A stretch of DNA of 64,000 bases from contig JAYWIR010000004.1 of NCBI GenBank assembly GCA_036172245.1, positions 5,208,001 through 5,272,000 of the forward strand, written 5' to 3'. The stretch is from Raillietiella orientalis. Its lineage: Eukaryota. The notes under the pieces were generated by a model. That model saw only the letters and a list, made by a program, of their open reading frames with translations, was not told the origin of the DNA and did not search any database. The first letter of the stretch is position 1. Each line of letters starts with the position of its first letter. Of this stretch, positions 26,400 to 38,900 are shown piece by piece. The position numbers and the translations under genes were made by a program.

Positions 26400-27300
26400 G
26401 AATTTTTTTTTTTTTTTTTTCTTCTTCTTCAGCGGTGGGGAGGAGGGAACGCAATTTTTCCGCGCTTCCCTCGGAGTGCAAAACTTTTAGAGCCGGTGGT
26501 GGTGCACACTGCGAAAATAAATGGAGAGGAGCAAAACTGGCCATTTGGTGTATAATAAGCGATAAGAAGGGGGAGGAGGCGGGGGGGAGGAGGAGGAGGC
26601 GCGCAAAACGGAGCGCGCGTCCGCTGTGGTCGTTCTTGTTTTGTTTTTTTTTTTTTTTGTTGTTGTTGTTTTTTCTTGCTTTCTTCCCTTCCGTTTCCCG
26701 TTCCGGGCGGCGGTGCCCGAGTGGCATTCGCGCGACGAAGGGAGTGACGTGCGCGGTCCGATCTCTTTCCGTCGCCGCAGCTTCCCCTTCCTTCCGCGGG
26801 TGGCGAAGTGAGCGCTCGCAAACCTCTGCTCGACCTATCTTACCCACGAGACAAACGGGCAGTGCGCGCGTTCTATGGGGCCGGGTTTTCATTTTCATTT
26901 TCATTTTTTTTCTTTTTTTTTGGGGGGGGGGGGGTCTCGCTCAGCCTTCTCAATACCTCTCTCTCTCTCTGGACGCGCGGGGATGAGGCAGAGGGGGAGG
27001 CTGGATGGCTGTTGAGCTCACAGGGCAAATCGCCCTCCTTATCGATCCATGGATGTGCTGGAAGGTCCGTGACGGACCGGGGGGGGGTCTACATGGGCGC
27101 ACGAACGTGGGAGAGGGGGCGCTTTCGAGCCGGCCCAGCGCGCGCGCGCGTACACCGCGCAGGGCCGGGGCCTGGCGAAGGGCAAGGCAACCAACAAATC
27201 CCTCCTTCCCGAACAGAGCAGCGAGCGAAAGGGCGGGAAAGGGGGAGGGCGGAGGAGAAGGGCTGCACTCTTAGCGCTCACTCGGGGGGGCACGGGTCGC
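26400..27300 (-). promoter_or_regulatory. probable cpo promoter / 5' region (CpG-rich with long poly(A)/poly(T) tracts)
   Basis: Transition from A/T-tract-rich 5'UTR-like sequence to CpG-dense sequence just upstream of the first coding exon. The TSS cannot be determined from sequence. Confidence 0.4.
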
Positions 27301-29099
27301 GGTGGGCCACCAGGCGTTCATTTCGGGAGAGGCGGCTCTCGGCACGCGCACGGCGCGCGGGCCCCTGTGGCGGCGTGCGCGGGCACACCGTCGTCGTCGT
27401 GGCTCCGAGAGGGCGGTCGGGAAAACGGGGTGGGCGGGTGGGGGCCAAACGGGGTGGCGCCGGGAGTCCGCCTCCCAGCGCCGCCTCGCGACACACAAAG
27501 AACCGTCCGTCTGCTCTGCTGCCGCGGCGGCGGCCGCCTGCCGCCGCGCACCGGATCATCTGCAGCCGCCTCTCCTCTCCTCTCCCAGCTTCCAGCGGAT
27601 CACGGAAGCGGGGAGAAGGGGGGAGGGGGAGGAGGAGCGCGCGCGGACGCAGCGCCCGTGACTGCAGCTTCCGCCGGCGCTCACCTGCGGAGCAGCCCCG
27701 TCCCGCTGGAAGTCGCGCGCGCGCTCGGGAGCGCTGCCGCCGTGCTTTCTTCCCCTTCCCCTCCCTACGATCCGCCTCCCAGGACGAGAGAGACCGGCCG
27801 GGAGGTCTCGGCGGTTTCCTGGCCCCTCCCCTCTCCCTCCCTTGCACCTCCGCGCCCCTCTTCAGATCTGCGGGGGACCGCCGCCAGGGCAACTCCCCTC
27901 CGCGCCTGCCGTTTCCTCGCTTGCGCGCGACGCGCGTGCGTCGTCGCCACGGTGACGGACGGGTAAGCGCGCGGAGGGGAAAAGCGGAGTGGAGAAGGGA
28001 AGAGGGGAGGGAAGAAACAATCCTCCCCCCCCCCCTCCCTCTCCGCCTCCCCTTTCTCGCGGGGATGCCAGAATCATCGATGCAGCGGCGACGGCACTCA
28101 CCGACGCGGTTACCGGCCTGCCGCAGCCGCCCCGTCGTGGTCATGGTTACTGCCGGCAGACTGTCCCTGCCCACGGAGCGTTGCTGACGCCCTCCCCCTT
28201 GCCTCGCCTCGCCTGCCATCGTTTGCTCCCCGTCCGCTGTAGACGGCGGCGCCACAGTCCAGCACATCTGCGCACGCGCGCGCCGGCGCGATGCGGGCAG
28301 GCAGGACGAAAGGTGGGGGACTATCGCCCCACCGTACCCCCCGGCGCTCCCAGAAGCGCCGAGCTGCTGGGAGGAGGGGGCCCGCCCGCATGCGGGCCCG
28401 ACTCCTAGGACGATGCCTGGCGGTCGCGGACGCCCCCTCCCCATCCCCGCACGGCGGCAGGGGAGCAGCCCGCGACGGGCCCTGCGCAGGTAGGAGAGGG
28501 GGGGAGAGAGGCACGCGCACGCTCCCACCGCTCCCGTGCGTGCGTGCGTGCGAGCGTCCCCCCTTCCCCCCTGCGCCGCTTCCGCGTCTCCCAGCCTGCC
28601 GTCACGCACCGCTCTGTCGCGGGCGTCTCCCGCCCTTCCCGGAAGCGCCCCTCCCTCCCCATCCAGCCGCCTCAGCGCTGTCCCCTGCGGGGGTCCCGCA
28701 GGGCATCCGGGCGGCGGCGGGCGCGTGGACGAGCCTGCGCGCCCTCCTACCCCGCCCTCGGGCAAGGGAGCCTATTGGCGCACGCGGGATCGCCCCGCGT
28801 TCCGTTGCCTCGGCGACGGCGGCGGCGTGCCGCGCGCGGGAAGCCGTGGGGAACGAAGCGCGGCTTCCGGTGGGGCCCCGGGAACCCCGTCAGGCGCCGG
28901 GAGCGGTGGTGGCGAACGCCCCCCGGCCCGAGAGGGTCGTACTCCCCGGGGAACGGAGCGCGCTCTCTCGAGGTCGGGGGGCGGGAGGGGGAACGCGCAG
29001 GCCCGGCGGGCTCTCTGCCCTCCGCGCGCCCCATGGAACCCTGAGCGCGGCGCCACCTTGCCACCTTGCGGCTGGCAGCGAGTCGACCCCGGTCGCTGA

Positions 29100-30000
29100 A
29101 ACCGGACGGAGGGGCATTTAGGGGAGTGGTGAGGGTCGAAGGTCAGCTGCGGCCCAAGAGGGCAGATGTTGACTTCCTGGAGTCGCCTCCTGGGCTTGCC
29201 GCCGCCGCACCGAGGGGGCGATGGCGCCGCCGCCAGCTGCGAGCGGCCATCCGGAAACGCCTGCGGCTGCCAGCGGAAGTCGGGAGTTCGCGCTTCCCGC
29301 TCCCACGGTGCCGCGAGGATTCCCCCGTCCCCGGTCGACCCCTTGCGGCCGGGGTACCTCCCGGGAGCGTCCGGCAGGGCGCGTGCCGGCTGGACGCTCC
29401 CGGGCGGAAGCGCCTCCAGCGCGCACGCGAACTGCGCGCCGTAGGGCGCTGCCTCGAGCGGAACACCCCTCCCTCCCTTCCTCCGCCTGATCCCGTGCGC
29501 CTTTCCGGGATGAGGGCGCGAAAGAGACGCCGACGGTTCCCGCTGCCCCTCCCGCGCACGTGCAGGAGGAGCGTCGCCCATACCGGAAGCCCCTCGTTCA
29601 GAGAGGCGGCATCGGCGTCCTCCTGTGACCGGAAGAGGGCCACTCGAAGGGGCCCCAGCACCGGAGGGCCGCTCGGGAGGGAGGGGGCAACCGCCATGCG
29701 CTCCCTCTCGGTCGGGCAGACGCACCGGTCCGTTTCGTGGGAGGCGCGTGTGTTCCTCGCACGTGGACGCGCAGCGGCCGGTGGGTAGGAGGTCCCGAAG
29801 GGCTGGAGGAGGAAGCCGAACGCACTCTTGTGGTTCCTGATCTGCCAGTCCTCTCCTTTCCTCCCGAAACCCACGTGCGCGCCCTCTCTCCCCGCGAGTG
29901 CAGATTACGAGTTCTCGCAGTGGCTCGTCTGTTGACTGGCGGGAGAGCCGCGAGATGGTACTGCTCGTCGCCCGCCTCCCCTTCCCGCCGCCGCCTCCTT
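29100..30000 (-). mobile_element. highly degenerate non-LTR RT remnant
   Basis: Frameshifted motifs appear in the expected order: NHKSAFGFL (like D..KAFD), RGVPLEAAPYGAQFACALEAL (like RGVRQG.PLS..LF...LE.L), and RRLQEVNICPL resembling GRLQEVELKISPF of the copy at 39.9 kb. Confidence 0.4.
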
Positions 30001-31699
30001 TCCTTCGCCTTTTTCCGCGAGAGTGTGGTTCCAAGGGCGCAGGCGAGCCGGGTGCGTGCGTGGACGGGGAGATGGGGGAGGAGAGAGGGTGTGTCTCCCC
30101 CCCAAGACTCACTCTCGCGCCAGCGGGCTCGAATTGCAGGAGACCCCGTGAGTTCGTGGCAAGAGGCGCCGCAGGAGGCGCTCTGTGTGGAGGCTGCCCA
30201 CTCGTCCCCTTCCCCATCGCGAGCCGGTGACCCCTTGACCGCGACCCAGGAGGACACAACCGAGCGAAATGTTCTAGGATTGGAGACCTAGGGCGGGGTC
30301 ACGATCGCAAGCCGCTGGAGCGGGCACTCCGTCGGGACGGCGAGAGGAGGGGAGGAGCGGGGGGGGGAGGAGAAGTGGCGGCGGGAGGGAACTCTGCCGG
30401 GAGGAGGGGCACGTTTCTGGATCAGCCCTTTCCTGGGATGGGGCGGAGGGCCCGCCGCTCGCTGCCCTCTACGCAACGTCCGCTGGCTGCGACCACGGGA
30501 AGGAGCGTCTCTTCTCGACCCCCGGGAGACAGGGTCGCCTCTTACCGCGTGGAGATGGGGAGACCCGCTCAAGAGGCTCCCGGATCGGATTGGACGTACG
30601 CACCTCTTCACCCCTTCGGGGCGTGACCCGCGCGACCTCCGTCCTCTCCCCGCGCGGATTCTGGTGGGGCGCTCTGCACTCCGGCTGCAACGAGTGGCCC
30701 CTTCCGGGACTTCCCCAGCCTGTCCAGTGAAGCGGCATAGGGACAGCGACCTGCCCGCAGCCGCTGCTTACCGGCTGCTGCAGGCCGGGCCCATCGATCG
30801 GCAGCTGCCCGGCGTCGTCGTCCTCTCGCCCCTCTTTTCGCGGCGCTTCCCTCCCGTTTCCGTGACAACCCGCTTCCGCTCCGCCTTCCGTGTCGGGCGC
30901 CGCCGCGCCCCGGCCGCTTGCATGACGGCTCCAGGCCGCTCCTTAGGCGCGCGCGCAGTGCGGCCTGGTGGGAATCCCCAGTCCACCGGGGCGAGGCCCC
31001 CGGATGGGCAAACAAAGCAGTCGCCCACCCCTGTCCTCTCTTTCACGACGTCGGAAGGGAGGTGGGGTGACGAGGCGGGGCAAAAGGCTAGCGCCGCCGA
31101 GGGGGAGGAGACGTCAGGGTCCGGCAAGCGGAACTCAAGCCATTTCGGAGGGTCACGGGTCAAGAAGGACCGGGGGGCATCACGGAAGTAGGGGCCTCTG
31201 GCCGGACGGGGAGAGAAGGGGAAGGAACGCCCGGTATAGTCGCGGATCCCTCGCCGCCGCGGCTGGACGCGTCCCTGCGACACCGCGGCGATAGTCCCAT
31301 GGGGATGGAAATTTCCTTTTGGGAATCCGGGAAGAATGGCAGCGCGAGTGGGCAAGGGCACTGGGGAGCTGGATCGGGAAGGGAGTGCTGGGGGTCGATT
31401 GCGAAGGGAAGACGAGGGGAAGGACATCCCTGCTCACTGAGAACGCTGGAAACCCGAGGGGCAGCTGCTCGGGGCACCTCCGCGGAGAAGTCCCGCAGTG
31501 GCGTCACGCTTTTGGCCTCTGCCCCCGCCGATCTCGTGCTCCTTCCTGGTTTCCGATACCGCACCCTCTCCCCCCTCCTCTTCTCCCCCATCGTCTGCCG
31601 GTCGACCTGCGCCTTCCAGGAGCGGCCGGGCGCAGCGGATGAGTGCTCACGCATCCTTTTGCTTCCTCCGCACTCTTGGAGGCGGGGCGCGCGCCGCTG

Positions 31700-31960
31700 G
31701 ACTTCGCCATCTTCCGGCATAACTGTAAACTGCCGCGAAACTCTAGGGGTTCCCTCCATGCTCTGTCCACTTTCGAAGTTTAGCAATGCCTTTTGCTGGA
31801 ATCCCATGCACCCACCCCCACCCATACCCCACTGTGCCACTGGGATGGCGTCCCAGCCACAATTATGCAAGGGGCAGGAACCAGGGAAGAGAGGTTTTAG
31901 GTTCCGCGTTTCGCACTGCCATCTAACGCCGACTCGGAACTTCTTCCTGCCACCCGCACC
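31700..31960 (+). mobile_element. possible decayed ORF1 (gag-like) zinc-knuckle remnant
   Basis: GVPSML followed by the frameshifted knuckle-like strings CHWDGV/PSHNYARG and RGFRFRVSHCHL; several Cys residues are lost. Confidence 0.25.
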
Positions 31961-32686
31961 TAGACGAAACTCCTCCGTTTCCGTTTCATCGGGAACCGGA
32001 AAAGAGAGGTCGTCCGAGGACCTCCGATATCTCCTCCACATGCTCGCATGCTTCCTTCTCTTCCCCGCCCTTTCTAGCAACGAGGGTCTGCACGGTCCCC
32101 AAGGAGGGAGGCTGGTGAGGAGCAGAGTCCTCATCGCTGACCTCGACCCTTGGATCGATGACCCCCTGCTCTCCTCGGCATCATCCAGTCGAGTGGCCGC
32201 CCGACCACTCGGCTGGGGAAGATGCACGAGGGAGGTGGCAAAGAACCCCTTCCTCTCGGGGTTTATTCCTTTGCAGAGACCTTCGTGACGAAGGGCAGCT
32301 CGTCCGAGGGGCTGCACGGCGACGGGTTCCCAACAAGGGACTTGTGGGGAGGACAAGCCGCCTAATCCCCCGCTACCCCCGAGCCGGACGCGGCGGCGGC
32401 TCCCGTCTGTCTTTAGGGGAAGGCACGGGGATGCCTGCGTCACGAAGAGACCGGGAAATCGGGATGATGAATTTTTCAGGAGGTTCCACGCCGAATGATG
32501 ACGGCGCAGGGATTAGCGTCGGCAGTGATGGCGTGTCCCACTCGCTCTCCCCTAAGCGTTTCTTAAGCAGAGAGCAGAGCAGAGGGGGAGAGAGGGGGGA
32601 GGAGGAGGGGGGGAAGAACTTTCAGGAATGATCGCTGGCGTCCGATTCCTCTAGAGTGAAACGACGAGGAGTCGGGCCCTCTCATG

Positions 32687-32687
<1 letters not shown>

Positions 32688-32724
<37 letters not shown>
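32688..32724. repeat. (CA)n microsatellite
   Basis: Uninterrupted CA run of about 18 units. Confidence 0.95.
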
Positions 32725-32727
<3 letters not shown>

Positions 32728-35599
32728 TGTGCGCGCGCTGCCTTGGTGTGGCGTGATGAGGGCGTCACACACAGCCGGAATGCCGAGCAGCGGCGGCGGC
32801 AGCGGGAAGAAACCTTCGTATCCAGGGCGACGGCCGCGTTCCACCGAAACGCTGCGGAAATCGTGCCGGCACGGAATGGCTTAATCCTTATCTCGGGACG
32901 AAGAGAACCGGGCCGTTCCTGCTGGATTGGATCCTTGGGAGCGCGCTCCTCCCCCTCCTCGCTCCGCAGGCTCCTTCCCTCCGCCCCCTCCCTCTCCCCT
33001 TCCCCCCCTCTCCCCTTCCGACGTATCACGGAAGCGCACGGGCATTTCGAGGGATGGGGGGGAAGGGAAAAAGAGAAGTCGCGAGAGGCATCCGGAGCGG
33101 TAAGGAGCAGGAAAACGGTCCGCCGAGGGTTCGCAGCAGGGGAGAAGGAGGAGGGGGACCGGGAGAGCGGAAGAGAAAGGAATCCCGGAATGAACTCGAC
33201 TCGCTCCTCGTCCTTTGGATGAAAATTTGATGAACGCCGGAGATTCTGCTCGGGCATCGCCACGAAATCGCGTGACAAGTTGGTAGCGGCTTCCGCTCCG
33301 GAGCGCGCGTAGCCGCGAAAGCCCGCTCGCCGCCGCCTCGATGCTCACGCGGTCTCCAAGGAGACCCGCGTAAACACGTCGGGAGCCTCGCATCATCTCT
33401 CGGACGGTCTTCCAACTCAGCAGCGCGAGCTCCGGAATGCCTAGTGGTTCTGGTTCTCTCGAGCCAGGCAGGAGTTTCAGCGAGTTTCTTGCGAAAAGCA
33501 AAGAACCGGAAGGAGAAAGGAGGCAAGATGGTGCGTGCGGGCATCCGGATCAGATTCCCCTTACCCTTAAAATAGATGAGAGGGCTTGGTCACCTTGCCT
33601 CCCGGCCCTGCAGACGTCTCTTTGGACGACGAACCCACCACTTTTTTGGTCTCCCTCGCAACCCAATTTCTCCACGCTCTTTTCCTAACCCTTCCTGTCC
33701 ACCTTCAATCGCAGGAGATCACCCTACAGGGAACACATGGGCTCATCCTGGCCTTCCCTTCTCATCAAGCGGAGGGTCTCCTCCCACATGCGCCAGCCGA
33801 TCCGTCCGGGGGTATCAAGCGTCTCAGACTTGATACCCCTTGATATCAAGCCTGAGACGAACGCAAGGCACAAGGAAGAGGGAAGAGGGAAGGGAAGAAC
33901 AGGGAGATGCCGGCCTCCCTCCTTTTCGGACGATCCCCGGAGTCAATCTGCGAGGGCAGAGCACCATGCAGTCCCCGGATCACATCCCGAGGCAACGACA
34001 GCCCTTTTCTTCCCGGAGTTCCTACTCTTCTCACATTTCCTCCTTCTCTCCTCAGGTGGTCTTCCTGAGTCCCGGGGCTCGTGGCCGCAGCGGGACGCCT
34101 GATGACCTCTGCCCTTGCACCCCTTGCCTGCCACACCCACTCAAGAAGCCTGGCCTAGAGCTCCGCTCGATCTCCTTGACTAGGGGAAAGGGGGGAGAGC
34201 AACTCCATCCCGCGGAGCCGCTCGGCGCCCCGTGCGCCCCTTTCCGATCCAGGACCCGAGGGTCTGAACATTCTCCCGCTCCGAACTCTCTCTTAGGATG
34301 CCCTCGGGGAGGATCCTTCACGTGCCCGGTGGGCGATGTCTGCAGCTTCTTCGCCAGACCCTATTACTTCTTTCTACGCACCAGTCTTTCGGGAAGGGAG
34401 GATCCTCGCCCCACGGGGATCTCGGGCCCTTTGGGCGAGCCTTCCTCTCCCTCCCGTTTTGTTTTCTCCTTGGCGCCGCGAGCTTCTCCTCCTCCCAAAG
34501 GGAGCAGGGGGAAGAGGGGAAGGCAAAGAGGTTAGCGGTAAGGGGAGAGAGGAGGAGGAAGGGAAGGCGGCGACCCCCGACTTGACCAGTTAGGCGTCTC
34601 TGCGAGAGCCAGCCATCTGCTTCGCGCTCCGGGTACGCTGTGTTTCGGTTCGCTGGCCTCTAGATGGGTGGAGCGTCGAGCCGATGAAAGTGGGCTTTTC
34701 CATTTGCAGGGGAAGGGAGCAGAAGAGGAGGAAGAGGCGGGCGTTGAGCTTCGGGTTTCCCTCACAGGCTCCACCCGACCTTACGCGCAGCTTCAGAGAT
34801 TACCACCGTCTCATCAAGGCAAGTCAAAGGCACCGGCCTGCGCGCGGACTCGAGCAAACGGAAGCCATCCTCTCCTGCGTCCGTCGACGGCCAACTTTAG
34901 CCCGAAACCCCGCTGGAGTGCAGTGGCAGCCCCGCATCGAACGATAGCATACTTTTCCGTGATTTTCACCTTTCTCAGGGCATTCATCTGCATTCCCCGC
35001 TCCACACCTCTTTAAGCACGCACCGTCCGAAGACAGACTGGGGACGGCTCTTCAGCCGAAGGCGAAAAGTCAGCTTAACCTTCTGTCTCACCGCGGAGCG
35101 CCACGCTCACCACCAAACCGCCAGCAACCTCCACGCCAACCACCCTGCATCTCAATCTGTCACGATCGTCCCAACCACGAGTCCCATCGCCGTGGAGCCA
35201 CCTCCCGGCGTCGTTCCAGGTCCACCCTCTCCTTCGGACCCGGAATCGGCGCCAAGTCTTCTCCATCACGAGACCTCACCGACGAGGCAGCCGGCACAGC
35301 CTCCCGCCTGTGCCCGCCCCCAGTTCTGGGATCTGCAGCTAACCCCTTCTCTCGCAACCGGGCTCGGCCTTTTTTTTCCGTGTCCTTCGCTGGTGACCCG
35401 CCACCTCACAGCGTGCGGGCCCGACCAGCAGCACGACGACTCGGGCAAACCCTCGCCTCTGGCCCCTGCCCAAGCTCCGCTGCATGGCGACTGAATCTCG
35501 CCCCGGACGACGGAGCAGAATTTTGGATGGCTCTCGTCCTCTGCCAGGACAGTCCCCCCCATCCTGGCAGAAGACACTGGACAGTTCACTCCTCCCGGC

Positions 35600-35930
35600 A
35601 CGATGCGTTGAGAAAAGGGGAGGAGGAGGACCGTTTTTTTAGACATCGTCGGGTGTGGAACGGGACTCTGTCCCTTATGTGAAGCCATCCAACGCATGAG
35701 ATGTTCCCAACTCGGTATGGCTGTAGTCAGTGGGTGCTGACCAGCCGGCCAGTTCCAGCAGTGGACCACTCGTGAAGGACGGAAGTGGTTCTGCAACAGC
35801 ACAATCGGGTCTTCGCCATCCTGGATGCCTGCTAACCTCGTCGTCTTGGTGGCCGCGTTGTTATGGAGCAGCCAGGAGACCCTGGAAGCGGTTTTCAGAA
35901 TAGTCCAGGAGGGAAGGAACGGAGACACGA
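35600..35930 (-). mobile_element. possible LINE ORF2 C-terminal (zf-RVT-like) remnant
   Basis: SWLLHNNAATKTTRLAGIQDGEDP resembles W..LH..L.T..RL.....D..C; downstream sequence appears frameshifted. Confidence 0.25.
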
Positions 35931-38900
35931 CTGAGCAGCCGCCCAGCATGCCTGCGACCGTGCCGAAGGCCTCAGCCGGAGACGCCGGTGCTCGCGCCCC
36001 TCATGTCATGGGATGCGGGGAATGACGTGAAGTGCCACGTGAGCGAGTTGTTCCTCCGCATCGCGCGGAGAAGACAAGACTTGTGACGGTCACCCTTTGA
36101 GCAGAAACTATATGTGGGAGTTATAGACTGGTGTTCCACCAAAAGAGGACCCGGGTCAGTTATCCGACATCCTTGTTATGCCGGCTGCCTTGCCTTGCCG
36201 GTCGCCTTATCGCACCGGCTGCACTGTTGTGCTAGTCTGAGCATAGAAACCGAGGATGTGGGACGCAACCATCTCATTCAACTGCGAGTGTTGCGAACCC
36301 AACTTCTGATATCACCCTTTTTTCAGATGCGCCACGTCCAAGATGAATTCTTCTCATTCTACCAGAGCACATCCGAAACGAATACGAAGAGGAGCTTTCT
36401 GCAAGACGCGGAAGACTTAGAGGTTGAAGGGACAAGGAGACAAGGAGGACAAGGAGAAAAGGCACTAGCACTGACTCCCTCAGAGGTTCTGTGGAATTCC
36501 TCCTGCCTCACGCCCCGCCGGTGTTCGCGAATCCATCTCTTCGTCTTCCCACGTGTGCCGGGGAACCTACGGCTCTCTCGGAGTCTCTATGGCAGCCTTC
36601 TCGGAAGGGTAAGGTCCTCTGTGTTGCACGAAGGCGACGACCCATCCTTTTGGCGCCGCGACGAACCAGACGACGCTCCTATTCCTGGCATGGAGACCTC
36701 GGGTTTTCCGGAAGACTCGGTCTGGCCGGGAGGACCAACCGCGCGCCCTCCCCCCTCCCCCAAAATTCTGCTCCAGGAGCAGCACGTGCGGGAAAGGGAG
36801 AGCGCTCGGCTCGAGAGAAAAGGAACTTCGCACCTGGCCCCGCGGAGGGCCCGCCGCGCAAGCTGCGGCATGGTTGGGTTCTCGATGTCCTGAGATGGCC
36901 CGCTCCCGACGGAAGGGTTTTCTGGGTTCTGAATGCGGTGGTCGGTGGTCGGGGCGAGAGGAATTTCGCCGACGTGGAGAAGTATCAAAACCGGGGAGGA
37001 GGAGGAAGGAAGACGCGACGACAGGGATGACGACGACTGAGACGGCGGCGCCCGTGGCGGATGCTTTCTCCGGGGCGAACCGGACGGGAAGGGAGGTCCG
37101 TCCTCCCTCCTCGTCGCTTCCTTCCTCTTCGAGGCAGCAACGGAGGGGCGTAAGCCGCCGGAGAGTGGCCTCAGGACGCCCTGGATGGAGAATTCACTCG
37201 GGATGCGGGACGCGGTCGAGAGAAGCAGTCCTCGGGTGAGTGCTGCAGCAGCTCCGACGGCGACGAAGTGACAGGGAAGGAGGCCCCTCTCCTTTGATTC
37301 TCGGGGACCGCAACCATTCCCAGCCTCGCGAACCCTCCAGCCCTTAGCGCTGCCCTGAAGAGCATGCGGCGGACTTCCTCGGCGAAGAACCGGGAGTCCG
37401 CCTTAGGTTCCGGAAGAAGCACGGCGGGGTGGGGGTTTCTTTGAGGTTCGCGCGCGCGAGAAGGAGGCATGGAGAAAGTTCGGCTCTCCGTTAATTGGGA
37501 TGACACCGAAATCGCAGCTTCCGGTGGGTTGTCAAGGTGTTTACACTCAGCTCGCCATGCGTAGCAGTCGAGCGCCCTCTCCTCGCTTTCGCGAGCAATT
37601 AGACTTTCGGAACAGCAGACTGCAGGTTGATGAATGATGGTCATACGATGGGGGGGGGGGAGAAGGCTTTACTTTTTGCACTATCAGACTGATGCCTCCG
37701 CATGACGGGTCGTTGTTTCCGGAGGAGGTGGTGGTGGAGATGGTGATCAGGGAAGGGGGCGGCAGATGGTTTCGTGGAGTTGCTTCCATCACCATCTTCC
37801 GGCAGGGCTAAGAACTGCTGCGAGCTGCTGCTGCACGTTCTACTCGCATTCTCAAGGTGCAGTGACGCGTTTTGCTGAACGCCCCCGCATGATGGATGAT
37901 GATGGCCGTGTAGGACGGCCCCTCTTGCTCTCCATATAAAAACCCACCCGTCATCTCACACATCTCACCGTCCTCGTCCGGCATTCATCTTTCGACTCCC
38001 TCGAGCGTTACTCGGCGAGATCACTTCCGGTCCTGACTTCCAAGGACGCTCTTCGGCTCTTGGAGAGAGCCCTTAGGAAACTTCCAGAAAGATGTGTGTC
38101 TGCGCGCTTCCCTCCCCGCTGCTTCCTACAAGGACCTTTCGGGGCGAAAGTTGCAAAGTTCGTCTTAAGCCTCGGTGGGTCTAGTTATCCCTGCCCTCGG
38201 GAGTGCCATCCTGCTTGTGCGCTGTGATTCCCTCTTCCAGGAAGTGGACTCACGACGAGAGTCAGGGACGCCCTGGAGAGGACGACATCTCTGACGCTGT
38301 CCAATCCGGGAGCGGGCGAGCTGCGGCCAGAAAAGAGGGAGTCTGGAGCCGAAGAGAAGGCGGCTCTGCTTCCGAAGAGGAGGTCGCCGCTCTTCGCGCC
38401 TCAGGGTTTTGGCAAGTGACTGCAAGCATCCCCTCCAGGGAATTCTGATCCCTAGGATAAGATTCTTACAGCGCGCCACGCATGGCGAGGACAGGACGGG
38501 GGCGCTTTCCATTCTCTTCTGCTCCTTGTGAGTGAGATCAGCGTGGACGCAAGGGGCGCCCGGCCTGCTTCTGGATTCGAGTCAGGGAAGGCGAGACGAA
38601 ATGGAGGAAGGGAGCAGGGTACCGTGAGAACGGACCCGGCTTTTCACACGGGATGGGTCATCCCCTCCTCTGCCCCCTTTTTGATGCTGTCGTCTGCCAT
38701 ACGGCATCCGCAAAATCCCCCACTGCCTTGGCGCCCGTCAGCGATGCGCCGGTTCTAAACGCCCGGAAGGTGGAATCCACTCACAGGTTAGAGGCCTGCA
38801 CTTCGGACACCATCCGGGCACCCCTATTCGCTTTTCTCCGATTCGAATCGTGGTGAAGTAAATTTGTTGAATCGTCATCAGCAAGCAAGCAAACACACAA

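Noticed and set aside
26808..32443. Long ORFs of 400-495 aa on both strands (e.g. 26808-28187, 27278-28765, 28772-30259, 31160-32443)
   Set aside because: They are Arg/Gly/Pro/Ala-rich, overlap in several frames and have no coherent domain. This is expected from stop-codon scarcity in very GC-rich DNA; only scattered decayed LINE motifs are present.
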